A stretch of 64,000 nucleotides of DNA from Lingula anatina (lineage: Eukaryota > Animalia > Brachiopoda): positions 3,720,001 to 3,784,000 of the forward strand of contig CM120642.1 in assembly GCA_051362555.1 (NCBI GenBank). Reading direction: 5' to 3'. Under the pieces are notes generated by a model. The model saw only the letters and a program-made list of their open reading frames with translations, did no database searches and had not been told where the DNA came from. The position numbers and the translations under genes are program-made. This document shows positions 63,395 to 64,000 of this stretch, piece by piece (position 1 is the first letter of the stretch; every line of letters begins with the position of its first letter).

Positions 63395-63488
63395 AAAAAC
63401 ACTCACACCGTTGCTGCTGCGACTCGAACCGGCGTCCGTGCGTCTGCTGGTTGGCAAGACAGCAGAGTTACCACGCAGCCACGACAGC
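63395..63488 (-). ncRNA. Putative vault-RNA-like RNA, copy 4
   Basis: Same sequence as copy 1. Confidence 0.5.
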
Positions 63489-64000
63489 TCCGTTGATACG
63501 ATGTCTTCGGATGGAAACTTTCAACCTCGTCACGGAGAGCGCCAGATTTGGTGTACATGTGTAGACCTGCTGTCGCAATCGATAATCCTGGTGCCGCATT
63601 TCAGCCCACGCAACCCCAGTCCCCGACATGAACGGTAAAGTTCGTGATGTACACGAAGTCGTGTTTGACAACCCGACTCGGAGCTCGGAGTTTGTTCTAT
63701 ACTAAGATTGTTTTTGGCTTTACCCATGATATTAAAGAGTACAGGGGGATCAGAGGCGGTGCACAACAGGCGGGTTTTACTTTTAGCGAGACCAAAAGAG
63801 GAGAGAACAAAAAAATACAAAACATTCAAGTGTTTAATTACTGGCGGCGATTGCAGCCATGGGAATTTGGAGTAAAACATATATTTGGCAAATAATTCCG
63901 CCGAGGAGATATCGTTTTTCTACCGAACACGGTGAACAGGTGGTATGACGTGCTGTTGTACGGCCGGAAAAGCTACAGAATCAAAACAAGTTGGATCGTA

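Larger units (their letters stand above)
58788..64000. repeat. 1.39-kb tandem array, at least 3.7 near-identical copies, running off the window
   Basis: Unit starts (aagcca.acggagttag) at 58788, 60180, 61571 and 62969, giving periods 1392, 1391 and 1398. Length differences come from an A-run of 13/12/19; only scattered SNPs otherwise. CpG-rich compared with the flanks. Confidence 0.98.

Noticed and set aside
58987-63895. Short ORFs (62-135 aa) repeated in the tandem array
   Set aside because: They recur only because the DNA is repeated, overlap on both strands, show no recognisable domain, and some change frame with the variable A-run.

Overview
AT-rich, intron-containing animal genomic DNA, probably a marine invertebrate such as a lophotrochozoan (not determinable from sequence alone). 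Genes, left to right: the 3' part of an NHL/beta-propeller (TRIM-NHL-like) ORF; a multi-exon ABCA2-like lipid transporter (3108-40216, +); a two-exon UPF0449/C19orf25-like gene (-); and, head-to-head with it, a multi-exon ATF6 gene (44560-56181, +). ABCA2 introns carry a young, structurally complete DIRS1-type tyrosine-recombinase retrotransposon (about 20114-24781) with gag, RT-RNaseH-methyltransferase-like pol, YR, ITRs and ICR, a candidate -1 frameshift site, and a copy of its empty target site 145 bp upstream. They also carry a Helentron-type non-autonomous element with a 161-bp internal tandem array, several MITEs, and a Penelope-type insertion with a degenerate hammerhead core. From 58788 to the window end lies a near-identical 1.39-kb tandem array. 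Each unit carries two minus-strand Pol III-type (A-box/B-box/oligo-T) units that are not canonical tRNAs: a ~94-nt vault-RNA-like panhandle and a ~200-nt RNA with paired ends. This array is the best candidate for an undescribed system. All family calls rest on motif recognition by eye; no searches were run.
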